Shown: one piece after another, positions 24,572 through 38,656 of the stretch | Position numbering within the stretch: position 1 is the first letter of the stretch | How the letters are laid out: every line of letters begins with the position of its first letter | From: Paraspadella gotoi | Lineage: Eukaryota > Animalia > Chaetognatha | Length of the DNA stretch: 64,000 nucleotides | Reading direction: 5' to 3' | NCBI GenBank assembly: GCA_051294375.1 | Contig: CM119269.1 | Span: 770,272 to 834,271 of the forward strand | Made by a program: the position numbers and the translations under genes | Notes under the pieces: model-generated | Seen by the model: only the letters and a program-made list of their open reading frames with translations | Told to the model about the DNA's origin: nothing | Database searches by the model: none

Positions 24572-25962
24572 TCCTTCCCTCTCTATACTATTATCTGCGA
24601 CTCTTATTTTAATCGACAGTGGTTCCAACTTCCAACTCAAACAAATATCGAAGTCGCATAATTAGGGCGAAACTGAGTGATTGACGATCGCTCAAATTGG
24701 GATGCTGTGAGATGAAGCAGTAATGTCCGTTGTCAATGAGATAAAAATAACTAATACCTTTATCGGGGAATTTGAAAACAATTTACTCCCGTGATTTTAG
24801 AAATTCTAAGTTTTTGAGTTCCTAGTATTGTTCTGTGACTATGTGACGATCCTCCCTTGTCCGTCTGACAAGTTATTTGAAATTAAAATTAATATTTCCG
24901 TGCAAAAATATAATTAAAACTAAATGGTAATAAGTTTCTCCTGAAGAATAAAGAATAGAGAAAGAGTTTCTCCCAGATATTCACAGAGATAGGTTGATGT
25001 TTTTACCAGAGCTCACCTTATTTTAAATGGAAGGGCGGAAAATTGATTAATTCACAAAACAGCGGCAAAAATAAATCGTAAATAAATCACTGACAAAACG
25101 ATAGAATTAGTTTAGATTGATAGATTATCCAGGTATAACCTATGTATATTTGTCATACGCTACAAACGGAGTTGACCTTTGTATAAGCGACTTTTTAATC
25201 GATTATCATCCTTTTGAATGGTTATCGCCTAGCGTTAGACAGCCATTGATATTCTGAAAATTAAAAATTAACTAAATAAATTTCATTCTGTTAATTTGAT
25301 ATTTTAATTCTCGAAAAAACTAATCTATGTCCGACTAGACAAGACAATGCTACCTTTGTTTTTAAGTTCCCTTAACGGATGGATTTTTCCCGCATCACAA
25401 CATCAAAGTAAAACGTCAAAATAAATTTGTTACTGGAATTTTATCGTTGTTAGGAATGATCGTAAATTGGTCTCGTTTCGAAACTGACATTTGTCGGGCC
25501 TTGTGAGGTAAATTTAAGTATATCCTTTTTTTTTTATCTTGGCAAATATTTTATTAGTACAGTCACGATCCAATTTATTCTTTCCTTTTTTTTTCCGCTG
25601 ATAAAACGATTGGAACTTTAATACCAATAAAGAAAATGCGGGACCTGTTTTTTATTAGCGCCGATTGAGAAAGCTATCGGACTCGTTGACTCTTTATGGA
25701 TTCGCCCGATTACCTGATAACATAAACGTTGGATTTAAAACGTTTTAATGTTTGAACCTTCTCCGAGTCTTCTGGTATATTATACCAGAGACTACAATAT
25801 ATGTTCTAAACATTTGTATGTATAATTTAAATACTGTAACTCTTACTTCATCGACGGTTTGCGACGTCGCTTCGACCTTGGAGTTCGAGAGTCCAGATCT
25901 TTTCGCCATCCAAACCAGAACATCTCATTTTTCTTTCAAACAAAAAAATCACTTTTGTCCCA

Positions 25963-26090
25963 TTTATTAATTCATTTCCTTATTTTTTATTAATTCATTT
26001 CCTTATTTTTTATTAATTCATTTCCTTATTTTTTATTAATTCATTTCCTTATTTTTTATTAATTCATTTCCTTATTTTTTATTAATTCAT
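25963..26090. repeat. Minisatellite, 23-bp unit TTTATTAATTCATTTCCTTATTT x ~5.5
   Basis: Directly visible tandem copies. Confidence 0.9.
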
Positions 26091-26437
26091 ATTCTTACTT
26101 TTCTACCCTTTTTTTAAATTGCCCTAAAAGGTGGGGCGTCTATCGGTGAAGAAATTTAAGTTAGTAGAGATTGGATGTACAATTGTACAATTGTACAATT
26201 GTACATAGGGAATAAGATGACATCGCGCCGCCCGGTGAAGAATAATAATAAAAGACATTATTTTTGGCGGGGACGGACTCGCTGAAGTTTTTTTTAACCT
26301 AATCAGGTTCATTTCTCAAAACCCTAAACTCTTCCCTCTTTTTCGATCAATTCGATAATACGAGAATTATGAGGTTTCCGAGAATAAATTTTGTCACTTA
26401 GAACTTTGACGTTATCTCTCTCTCTCTCTCTCTTCTC

Positions 26438-26500
<63 letters not shown>

Positions 26501-26704
26501 CACACACAGGGCGAAGAGGGGTCCTCAAGACTTTCGTGGTACAAGACTCTCGACGAGTCGTTCGACGTGAGTTTCGTCGCGACGAGAAGAAACTTTTCTC
26601 GACAAAAAAACTCGACTCTTCAAAGTGAAAACCTTTCAAAGTAAAAACAAGAAAAGAGATTTCGTGTTTGATTTGTTTACTCTCCGTCCAAAGGAAGACA
26701 CGAA

Positions 26705-27133
26705 TACGTCGTTCGTCGTNNNNNNNNNNGTCGTTCGTCGTCGTCTTCATTGTCGTTCGTCGTCATTGACGTTAGTCGTTCGTCGTCGTCAGTCGTTCGT
26801 CGTTCTTCGTCGTCATTGTCGTTCGTCGTTCGTCGTCTTTGTCGTTCGTCGTCGTCGTCATTGTCGTTCGTCGTCGTCGTCGTCCTCACATTCATTCACA
26901 AACACGCCTTTCGTTGTGAACGGCGATCGTGGGAGTCGACTTCACTTTACCTGCGCGGGTGGAGGGTAAAAAGAATTGGAGCAAGCGCTGTCGGCGGCAG
27001 GGCGGCGGCTGGCGGCGGCAGGGCGGCGGCTGGGCGGCGGCTGGGCGGCGGCACGGCGGCGGCAGGGCGGCGGCTATCGGCGGCAGGGCGGCGGCTGGGC
27101 GGCGGCTGGGCGGCGGCTGGGCGGCGGCAGGCG
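26705..27133. repeat. Degenerate (TCG)n/GTCGTTC tract followed by a GGCGGCAGG/GGCGGCTGG tract
   Basis: Low-complexity repeats at 26705-26884 and 26992-27133. They account for the poly-A/G/R/T ORFs in the track. Confidence 0.8.
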
Positions 27134-27634
27134 GAAAGCGCAAGCCTCTTAAGATATAACAGAGACTGATGAAAAAAAAAAGGTGCCAACAAAACACAAT
27201 GAGGACCTGGTGATGATAACGCAGGCGCGGTGGTGACAAGTAGTAATGAGAAAATAGATTAGTCAAAACTCTTTAAGTGATAAAAACGTAAGTAAAGGAG
27301 AAATGAAAAATTATAGTAAAGAGTCAAAAGTAATAACGGAGTCAAAAGAGGACGTATAAATTTAAAGAAACATAAATAAAACATTAAGAAATTACTTTTT
27401 TTCAAAGTTATAACTATGATCGGAAAATAAAGAAAAGGACTGGAAAAAAAAAATGAGAGCGAGAAAATGAACACATATTTTAAAATTATTTAATTACAAT
27501 TCGGAAAGACAAAAAGCCTTCCCGGCGTCCACCGGAAATGAAAAAGGTGACAGCGCCGAGGGAGGTGAAAGCCGAATGCACTGGGAAGAGGTCATGAAAG
27601 TCTGGGCCGGAGGGGGGTCGCTAAATCCGTTGGC

Positions 27635-27700
<66 letters not shown>

Positions 27701-27838
27701 ATTAAAACGATGAAACGTGACGCCAAAAAATCACTACGAAGAAAAACTCAGTCAATATCGTATTTTTTGTCGTTGTTAATTTCAACCTTTTCGTTTAGTT
27801 CCGTAAATTTTAACTCTTTCATTGCCGGCGTCGTAAAA

Positions 27839-27872
<34 letters not shown>

Positions 27873-28119
27873 TCGTCTTGGCCCTCGGAGAGAAGGACCC
27901 ATTTTAAACAATTACGACGACGAAGACGACAACGACGACAGCAACGACAAGGTCGCCACAAACGGAGGCCCCTTTAAAATTGCACATTGCACCAAGGAAG
28001 GTGCATCGTTAACGCAATCATCATAATCATCGATCTCGACTTTCTCCATCATGCTGGAGAACGACGGGAGGGCGAGTCGTCAGTGTTCCGATTTAGTCTT
28101 CGCCTGGTTCGTTGCTCCA

Positions 28120-28157
<38 letters not shown>

Positions 28158-29942
28158 TCGCTAAATGTCATCTTCGCCGTCGTTTCCCGCGAGGCGAAAT
28201 TGAGGCCAATAGGATTGCGGCCAAAAGGATTGCGGCCACCGATTGAGAAATTTTAAAAAAATTGAGGGATTAAGGCCACCGATCTGAGGCCACCGATTTG
28301 AGGGCAGGAACGGATTTTTGAAGGCCAAGAACTAATTCATCGACAACATTTTTTTTAGATTGGTAAATTATTAAATATTAAATATTAAATTATTAAAGAC
28401 GTAACAAAATATAGCTGGACCTAGGTAGACGCCTCCAAAGAGATGACAGCTACTTTAAACATTCAGCCGAACCAGTTTGCAATTTTTGAACGTATCAACA
28501 GATATAAACGTTGTAAAAGGGGTTTATAGATTTTTTTTAAATTTTAAACAAAATTCGATTGTCAAAGATTGCAATAACGTAAAGGAAAATAAAGGAAACT
28601 CGGGATTTAAGAAAAAAATAAAATTGGGGTAAAGGATTTTTCTTTCTGAAAAGGGAATCAGGTTTTCACACGGAATTAATTCCTCCTAATTCGGGGCTTT
28701 GCCCGTTTTTGTTTTGCCCTGATTTACGGTAATCTGGCTTCCCCTCCTTTCCACTCGCTGAACTTCACAACTTGAGTGTGTCACCATCTCTACCCGGATC
28801 CATTGTGAACTCGTGATCCTACCCCCAATTTTCGCCTTTGGACCAACCCATACTTTATTTCCCCAAATCTGTCTCCCTCTCTCCCTCTCTCGAACTCATC
28901 TTTTTTTAAAACTGTTTCATTGTACCCGTTTAATTTGTCACCCTTTAAATCACGAGGCACCCAAGCCTTCCTCTTTCCCATATCACCCAAAATATATATA
29001 TAAAAATTATCCTCCGTAAAAATGGACGATTTTTCGGACGGCGTCAACTGAAATCTCTAAACAAACGAGATTAAGAAAAAGGATAAATTAGAAGAATGAT
29101 GTTGCGTGGCAGGTTAAATTTCTCTTACAAAAATACCCATAATTTAAAAAATACAATTTTTTTTTTAAAAAATGAATATGAACTGAACTTTTTTTTTCTA
29201 ATTTTTTTACTTGTTTATTTTTTTATTTCTTGTTTTTTTTTCTTGTTTTTTTTTCTTTTTTTTCTTTCCGTATTTCTTTCGGACGCCATTTGGTCTGCAC
29301 TTTTGTTTCGTTTTCATCGTTTTTCTTTTTTTTCTTTTTATCTTTTCGAAATGCAAGTGAATCTAAACCACATTTTCGGGTCGTTGTTTTGAGACTAGGA
29401 CTCTATAACTCGTTTTTAAACGCAGTGTTATTCTCCCGAAAAGGACGATCAAAGTGAGAATTTGTTGGTAATATTTTTGCCATCTGGAAGGCTTGCCCCC
29501 TCGGGCTTTCAGTACTTTCAGTCTCTCGCCCCGTTTTTCCCCGAGGGATTCTCTCTCTCTCTTTTTTTTTCGAAATAAAACGAATTTAATATTTTTTTTT
29601 AAAACCGAATTTTTATTATTATTTCTTTTTATCAGTTTTCTCGTACCCACGTAAATTGTTTTCTTTAATTTTAATATCGTTTAGGAAGGAAATTGGGCCA
29701 TCCCGTCCTCGGGAAGAAATAATGAAATGTAATGGGGAAAGAAAACTCGGGAGAAAGGAGTTACGAGATACGAGATACGAGATATGGGTGGGAAATTTGG
29801 TTCGAGGACCAATATGAGGAACAGAAATGATAAAGGGAGAGAGAGAAGAGAGACAGGCGGGGAAGGGGAAAATGGAAGGGGGGAAATACCTCGTAAGAAT
29901 TGGTGACTCTCGGTCAATCTTGGAAACAGAGTTTTAAAAGAG

Positions 29943-30012
<70 letters not shown>

Positions 30013-32059
30013 CAACGGCCAGGGACGGTGGCGTGTTTCCTCTCCCCGGGAGTTCAACGCCGAAGTTAATTTCTTTTCACTCTTAAAAATCAAGTCATTT
30101 AATTGGACCGGGAGAGGCCCTGTCCTGTCCCGGTCCGGGGAAGAAGAAACACCGCAATCGCTAGGTGACTTGAAACTTTTGAAGAATAAATACAATAATG
30201 AATTAAGGATACGGTGGGGAAGTGAAGGGAGCGACGTAACGAATCGAATCGACCAATGAGGAGCCGTTGAATCGGAATTTGGTTCGACCAATCGGAGGAA
30301 TCGTAATCGCCGGATGTTGGAAACGGGACGAAACAACAGAGATCGACGAAAAAAGAAACGGAAGGAACCAACCGACAAAAAGAACAAACAAAGAGACGAA
30401 GTTATCGAACGGAAGGTTTGACCACAACATCTTGCACTAATCAACTTATAAAACGAAACAACGAAGGCTGACAAAAACTCAAATGATTTATAACGAACGG
30501 AACGAAAAAACGAAAAAAAAAAGAAGTTATACTCGACGTGAGAGATAAAAAACACATTAATTTCCGTTTTTGTGGGTTTTTTTGTGTTGAAAGCTAATCG
30601 AACCAAATGGCAGAGAATAAAATAAAGTGACTAATTCATTCCCGCTGTGAGAAAACAACGAAATGCATACTGTGTCAACAAATCATGAATTTTATTGCGA
30701 AGATTCGAATATCATTAACAGCTGTGACGGATTTACGGGACTCAATTGATCGAATCTATCAATCAATTAGTTAATCAATAAATAAATTAGTCAATAGTTT
30801 AAATTTTGTTGCTATATGATTTCTATCGATGGATCCGTGATTCGACGCTAAATAACCAAGCAGGATATATATAAATAAAAAATACTCGATAATTTTTTTT
30901 TAGTTTTATTTTTTTTTTTTCAAAATAATTTCATTTCGTCGACATCACATCTTTATTGGAAGCCACACGCATTCATTTTTTATCCGAGATTCATCGTATT
31001 TAATTTGAGATCCGGCGTTTGGATTAAGCCCTTCAGTTGGGATGATAAAAGATACTAATCATCAAAAAATAATAATTATTAAAGGAAGACGATTCGTTGT
31101 AGATTCTGCGGAAGTTCCGTCGATTATCTATCATAATTTTCTGTTGTCCTCTTTTCACATTATCAACTTTTACTTTCTCAAATCCGAAATTTTCCAATTA
31201 GATTTTGTCCTCCAAATTTCTTTGAAGTTTTATGCTCCCTTTCGTTTTATTCAGGCCATTTGATTTAATTTTAAAGGAAATGAAAGAAAGTAAGGGGAAA
31301 AGTAAAAAGAAAAAAAAGAAAGAAAGAAAAAGAATAAAGAAAGAAAGAAAAAGGAAAACCCTTTAAAAGCGGAGAAATCGTAACAATTAGTCTTTTTGTT
31401 CTCCTCTTCCGTTCGTGATTCGTGAATCGTGATTCGTGAGGTCGAGCGTGAAATTCGACCTTTAAAAAAAAGGGATTTGGTTTCGGCCGAAACTCAAGGT
31501 CGGTGACTCTCAAATCATTTAATCATTACTTCTCTCCCCCCTCCAAAAAAAAAAGACCACTTTGCTACTGCACGCCTTTCGATTTAGTTTCATATCATCG
31601 TTCGATTTATCGTTTGTTAACAAACAAACTAGTCTTATTTACCTGCAGAAATTCATGAACGCATTTGAAATTTAATAATATTTTTATACGTAATCTTTTT
31701 GAACCAACCTAAAACATAAATTTTCACTATACATAAAGTTATCTCTGCTACGCAATGAACCAGAGCGTCCTTTTAACCACGTTTTGTGTCTCATGCTTTC
31801 TCTTCAATTTTTTTTTCTTTACTGTTTCATTTGCCAATAAGTTTCTTGTCTTATTTTCGGTATTGCGCTTTTTTTCTCTCTTTGTTACATCTTTCTTTAT
31901 TTCTTTTTTTCTCTCTTTGCCTCCAACTTTTCGCATCGTCGGTGGTAGAAAGTTTTCCTCTTTGTCTGACCGCCACTAAGAGTCACGACAAATATTCTTC
32001 GCAGAATGTAGCAAACATAACCCGTAAACTCTCTCTCATCTCTCATCTCTCTCTCTCTC

Positions 32060-32092
<33 letters not shown>

Positions 32093-32360
32093 TCTCTCTC
32101 CCACCCCCCCCACAAACAAAAGGTACATCCAGCTTCGTCCGAATGAGTTTTTTCTAAGATTCTTTCAGGAACAGAAACTTGGTTGTTTTCTTCGGCTACA
32201 TTCTTTGTCTCCCCGTCACCTTTGACTCACCTTTGACTTACCTCAGCCTCACCCTTGACTTTTAACGAAAACTTTTGGCCGCATTCCTACTTCCGCTCTC
32301 CAGCGTTCGATGGCAGCGTCTTGTCTTTTGTTTTGTTTCTGCCCACCGGAGTAGTAGTAT

Positions 32361-34428
32361 TAGACCTTGCCATATATGAAAAGTTTTGAAATCAAAAAAC
32401 GAGTATTGTGTAAAAGGTGCCCATACATCATATGAATTTTTTGAACATTTTTTTTTCAAAAAAAAATTTACAGTAAAGGCTGCCAACTTTAAAAAAAATG
32501 AAAAAAATGGTAAAAAATGGACTTTTTGCTAAATATATTTAAAAGCTTTATTGCTAGAGGGACGAAACCCAAACTATCTTGTAGAGCGGAAAAAATTGAC
32601 TATGTTACATACCTTGCATTATAAATTAAGTGAATTTTTTACTCAGGAAAATTTTTTTTAAAACCTATTGTTTTGGGCAATTTTTGATAAAAATTTTTTA
32701 AAAATGATATTTTTAACATTGTTTGTGAAATATTTTGTTAAAAAAATTACGGCGAATTGAATAAAGAAATAATTGCCTTTGTTTTGCTGAAAGAATTTTT
32801 AAAAAAGGATTATCGGTTAAAAAGTTAATAATTTTTTTAAATTTAAAAAAATCACTTTCTTTAATATTATTTTTATTTAATAGGTTTGAACTAGGCTAAA
32901 GGAAAAAAGGGAATGCACTTTTCTCAGAGTAAATAAAAAAATAGTAAATTCTGATTTGACAATGGGTAACTTTAATATTTTGTCTCACCAGGTTATTAAA
33001 GTTTTTTTTTAATTTTTATCATTTTATAATGGAATTATGACTTTTAAATAAGGTAGTTTTTTTAATTTTTTTTCTATATAAACCAAAAAGAAAAATTGAC
33101 AAAAGCGATAAAATGATTAAAAATTGATAAAATGAGACAAAAAAAGTAAAATAAATGAAAGTTAAGCAACTGAGAGAAGAGTTGTTGCTGCTGCTTACGA
33201 TCGAGAAAAAAAATGTCATCATCTAGAGTGCCAAAGAAAGAAAACTAGTTATTCTATTTTTTTCATAAATTACCTTTGTCAAGCTAGTTCTGCAGAACTG
33301 AGTTGAATTATAATTTGTGTTAAATATATTGCTTAATCAAAGGTTGTAAAAGACTTGGAAAAATATATTAAGCTTGCTTGATTAATTTAAGAATAGATCC
33401 GACTTGTTGAATAATTCATCAACTATAAAAGATATGAAATGAATAAAAATCAAAGATGAATTAAAAATTATATTTATTTCAAAACTAAATCGACTATTTA
33501 CAATAGACTTAATTATTAACTAAAATCATGATAATGATACAAAAAAATAGATAACTAGTTTCTCTCTTTGACTATACCTTTTTTTTCTCGACCGGCAAGC
33601 AGCAAGCAAACTCTTTTCTCAGTTATTTAACTTTCATTAATTTTTACTCTTTTTGTCTCATTTTATCAATTTTTAATCATTTAATCGCCTTTGTCAATTT
33701 TTTCTTTATATTTTATATAGAAAAAAAATTAAAAAACTACTTTATTTAAAGTCATAATTCCATTATAAAATGATAAAAATTTAAAAAAAACTTTAATAAC
33801 CTGGTGAGACAAAATATTAAAGTTACCCATTGTCAATCAGAATTTACTATTTTTTTATTTACTCTGAGAAAAGTGCATTCCCTTTTTCCTTTAGCCTAGT
33901 TCAAACCTATTATATAAAAATAATTATTAAGGAAAATGATTTTTTTTTAAATTTAAAAAAATTATAACTTTTTAACCGATAATCCTTTTTTAAAAATTCT
34001 TTCAGCAAAACAAAGGCAATTATTTCTTATTCAATTCGCCGTAATTTTTTTTACAAAATATTTCACGAACTTTGCTAAAAATATCATTTTTAACAATTTT
34101 TATCAAAAATTGCCCAAAACAATAGGTTTTAAAAAAAATTTTCCTTAGTAAAAAATTCACTTAATTTATAATGCAAGGTATGTAACATAGTCAATTTTTT
34201 CCGCTCTCAAGATAGTTTGGGTTTCGTCCCTCTAGCAATAAAGCTTTTAAATATATTTAGCAAAAAGTCCATTTTTTACCATTTTTTTAAATTTTTTTCA
34301 AAGTTGGCAGCATTTACTGTAATTTTTTTTTTGAAAAAAAATGTTCAAAAAATTCATATGATGTATGGGCACCTTTTACATAATACTCGTTTTTTGATTT
34401 CAAAACTTTTCATATATGGCAAGGTCTA
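32361..34428. mobile_element. Non-autonomous foldback-type DNA transposon (~0.9 kb inverted arms, TAGACC termini, 8-bp TSD, hAT-like)
   Basis: The left end TAGACCTTGCCATATATGAAAAGTTTTGAAATC is the reverse complement of the right end. Inverted similarity runs ~32361-33260 versus ~33535-34428 around a ~270-bp spacer. Flanks are GTAGT(C)AT / GTAGTCAT. No transposase ORF. Confidence 0.85.
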
Positions 34429-35419
34429 GTAGTCATCCTTTCACTCATATTTGTTGAATTGACTCTTAATTTTTAATTATCTTCGTCTTTACTCGACTCT
34501 TCTCGAGCTTCTTTCCTCGCTTTCAAGCGGCCTTCGTACGAAACCATCTCACTATTGAATTGACATCGGAGCCGAAGGCAGGAGATTCCTTTCCTCAGCA
34601 TAAAGTTCCGGGGTTCGAGCCCGATGCCCGCCTTTCATTAAAGTCGGATGAGCCGGTTCATCTGCTTGCAGTCTGATGCTAAAGCTTAATCGGAAGCCAA
34701 TTATTAATCGCTTTTGTTGTAGTAAGAGTTAAAGCCGCCTCGCTATTGTCTATCCTCCCCTATTCTTATTATTAAACTTAATCCCGTCTTAACCGTGCGT
34801 CCAGGGTTCAATCCCTGGGGCTTCCGGTGTCGTGAATGTATCAGGACCGCCTCAGGCCTGCGACTGGTGGCGCCCGAGGCGTTCTCTTTACTAGTTTAAA
34901 GTAGTTTGGATATAACAGGCTTTCCCACCGTTGCCTGTTGCCATAGTTTAATCATTTATTTATTTAATTATTATCATTATAACTTGCCATTATCCGACGT
35001 GCGCCAAACGAAAGCGCACGTCTTTTTTTTTACCTCTTCTCTCGTCGTTCCGATTTTTTTTTCTTCTTCTTGCAGGTGGTCTCCTTAAACCTTTCTTTAT
35101 AACTTTTCTTTTCTTTTTCTTTCTTTCCTTTTTCTTTCTTTTCTTTTCTTTCTTCTAAATCCCCTCGATTGTGTGATTTTGGGTTCGCTTCAATGAAATG
35201 GTAATTCAATCTCCGGCGGGATTTACTTTTTAGCTATCATCTTTTTTTTTCCCTCTTTAGTCTTTCTTTGTTTCTTATTTCAAATTGTGGTGGAGGTGAA
35301 GCGGGTACGCGGAGGTTTCACACTCTGTCTGACAAACCGGAAAAAAATCGGATCTTGGATATTTTTTTTTTTTATTATTATTTTCATATCAAACNNNNNN
35401 NNNNNNNNNNNNNNNNNNN

Positions 35420-38400
35420 AAGATTCTTTCAGGAACAGAAACTTGGTTGTTTTCTTCGGCTACATTCTTTGTCTTCCCGCTCACCTTTGACTCACCTTTG
35501 ACTTACCTCAGCCTCACCCTTGACTTTTAACGAAAACTTTTTGGCCGCATTCCTACTTCCGCTCTCCAGCGTTCGATGGCAGCGTCTTGTCTTTTGTTTT
35601 GTTTCTCGCCCACCGGAGTAGTAGTCATTAGACCTTGCCATATATGAAAAGTTTTGAAATCAAAAAAACGAGTATTGTGTAAGATGCCATACATCATATG
35701 AATTTTTATGATATATTTTTTCAAAAAAAATTTTACAGTAAATGCTGCCAACTTTAAAAAAAATGAAAAAAATGGTAAAAAATGGACTTTTTGCTATATA
35801 TTTAAAAGCTTTATTGCTAGAGGGACGAAACCCAATATTGTAGAGCGGAAAAAATTGACTATGTTACATACCTTGCATTATAAATTAAGTGAATTTTTTA
35901 CTCAGGAAATTTTTTTTAAAACCTATTGTTTTGGGACATTTTTTGATAAAAATTTTAAAAAATGATATTTTTTACACATTGTTTGTGAAATATTTTGTTA
36001 AAAAATTACGGCGAATTGAATAAAGAAATAATTGCCTTTGTTTTGCTGAAAGAATTTTTAAAAAAGGATTATCGGTTAAAAAGTTATAATTTTTTTAAAT
36101 TTAAAAAAAATCACTTTCTTTAATAATTATTTTTATTTAATAGGTTTGAACTAGGCTAAAGGAAAAAAGGGAATGCACTTTTCTCAGAGTAAATAAAAAA
36201 ATAGTAAATTGCTATTTGACAATGGGTAACTTTAATATTTTGTCTCACCAGGTTATTAAAGTTTTTTTTTTAATTTTTATCATTTTATAATGGAATTATT
36301 GACTTTTAAATAAGGTAGTTTTTTTAATTTTTTTTCTATATACCAAAAAGAAAAATTGACAAAAGCGATATATGATATAAAATTAGATAAAATGAGACAA
36401 AAAAAGTAAAATAAATGAAAGTAAGCAACTGAGAGAAGAGTTGTGCTGCTTACGATCGAGAAAAAAAATGTCATCATCTAGAGTGCCAAAGAAAGAAAAC
36501 TAGTTATTCTATTTTTTTCATAAATTACTTTGTCAAGCTAGTTCTGCAGAACTGAGTTGAATTATAATTTGGTGTTAAATATATTGCTTAATATTGTAAA
36601 AGACTTGGAAAAATATATTAAGCTTGCTTGATTAATTTAAGAATAGATCGACTTGTTGAATAATTCATCAACTATAAAAGATATGAAATGAATAAAAATC
36701 AAAGATGAATTAAAAATTATATTTATTTCAAAACTAAATCGACTATTTACAATAGACTTAATTATTAACTATAAATCATGAATAGATAACAAAAAATAGA
36801 ATAACTAGTTTTCTCTTTTAGCACTATACCTTTTTTTCTCGACCGGCAAGCAGCAAGCAACTCTTTTCTCAGTTATTTAACTTTCATTAATTTTACTCTT
36901 TTGTCTCATTTTATCAATTTTTAATCATTTATCGCCTTTGTCAATTTTTTCTTTATATTTTATATAGAAAAAAATTAAAAAACTACCTTATTTAAAAGTC
37001 ATAATTCCATTATAAAATGATAAAAATTTAAAAAAAACTTTAATAACCTGGTGAGACAAAATATTAAAGTTACCCATTGTCAATCAGAATTTACTATTTT
37101 TTTATTTACTCTGAAAAGTGCATTCCCTTTTTCCCTTTAGCCTAGTTCAAACCTATTATATAAAAATAATTATTAAGGAAAATGATTTTTTTTTAAATTT
37201 AAAAAAATTATAACTTTTTAACCGATAATCCTTTTTTAAAAATTCTTTCAGCAAAACAAAGGCAATTATTTCTTTATTCAATTCGCCGTAATTTTTTTTA
37301 CAAAATATTTCACGAACTTTGCTAAAAATATCATTTTTAACAATTTTTATCAAAAATTGCCCAAAACAATAGGTTTTAAAAAAAATTTTCCTTAGTAAAA
37401 AATTCACTTAATTTATAATGCAAGGTATGTAACATAGTCAATTTTTTCCGCTCTACAAGATAGTTTGGGTTTCGTCCCTCTAGCAATAAAGCTTTTAAAT
37501 ATATTTAGCAAAAAGTCCATTTTTTACCATTTTTTTAAATTTTTTTCAAAGTTGGCAGCATTTACTGTAAATTTTTTTTTGAAAAAAAATGTTCAAAAAA
37601 TTCATATGATGTATGGGCACCTTTTACATAATACTCGTTTTTTGATTTCAAAACTTTTCATATATGGCAAGGTCTAGTAGTCATCCTTTCACTCATATTT
37701 GTTGAATTGACTCTTAATTTTTAATTATCTTCGTCTTTACTCGACTTTCCTTCTCGAGCTTCTTTCCTCGCTTTCAAGCGGCCTTCGGTACGAAACCATC
37801 TCACTATTGAATTGACATCGGAGCCGAAGGCAGGAGATTCCCTTCCTCAGCATAAAGTTCCGGGGTTCGAGCCCGATGCCCGCCTTTCATTAAAGTCGGA
37901 TGAGCCGGTTCATCTGCTTGCAGTCTGATGCTAAAGCTTAATCGGAAGCCAATTATTAATCGCTTTTGTTGTAGTAAGAGTTAAAGCCGCCTCGCTATTG
38001 TCTATCCTCCCCCTATTCTTATTATTAAACTTAATCCCGTCTTAACCGTGCGTCCAGGGTTCAATCCCTGGGGCTTCCGGTGTCGTGAATGTATCAGGAC
38101 CGCCTCAGGCCTGCGACTGGTGGCGCCCGAGGCGTTCTCTTTACTAGTTTAAAGTAGTTATGGATATAACAGGCTTTCCCACCGTTGCCTGTTGCCATAG
38201 TTTAATCATTTATTTATTTAATTATTATCATTATAACTTGCCATTATCCGACGTGCGCCCAAACGAAAGCGCACGTCTTTTTTTTTACTCTTTCTCTCGT
38301 CGTTCCGATTTTTTTCTTCTTCTTGCAGGTGGTCCTCCTCTAAACCTTTCTTTATACACTTTTCTTTTCTTTTTCTTTCTTTTCTTTTTCTTTCTTTTCT

Positions 38401-38656
38401 TTTTCTTTCTTCTAAATCCCCTCGATTGTGTTGATTTTGGGTTCGCTTCAATGAAATGGTAATTCAATCTCCGGCGGGGATTTACTTTTTAGCTATCATC
38501 TTTTTTTTTCCCTCTTTAGTCTCTTCTTTGTTTCTTATTTCAAATTGTGGTGGAGGTGAAGCGGGTAAGCGGAGGTTTCACACTCTGTCTGACAAACCGG
38601 AAAAAAATTCGGATCTTGGATAATTTTTTTTTTTTATTATTATTTTCATATCAAAC
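35420..38656 (+). repeat. Tandem re-copy of 32157-35394 immediately after a 25-N gap
   Basis: Both copies start AGATTCTTTCAGGAACAGAAAC and end TTTTCATATCAAAC; the gap is at 35395-35419. Confidence 0.92.
35629..37676. mobile_element. Second copy of the foldback element, inside the duplicated block
   Basis: TAGACC...GGTCTA termini with a perfect direct repeat GTAGTCAT at 35621-35628 and 37677-37684. Confidence 0.85.

Noticed and set aside
34590-34830. Bona fide tRNA genes
   Set aside because: Only T-arm/B-box-like pieces; no acceptor stem, D-arm or anticodon arm could be folded.
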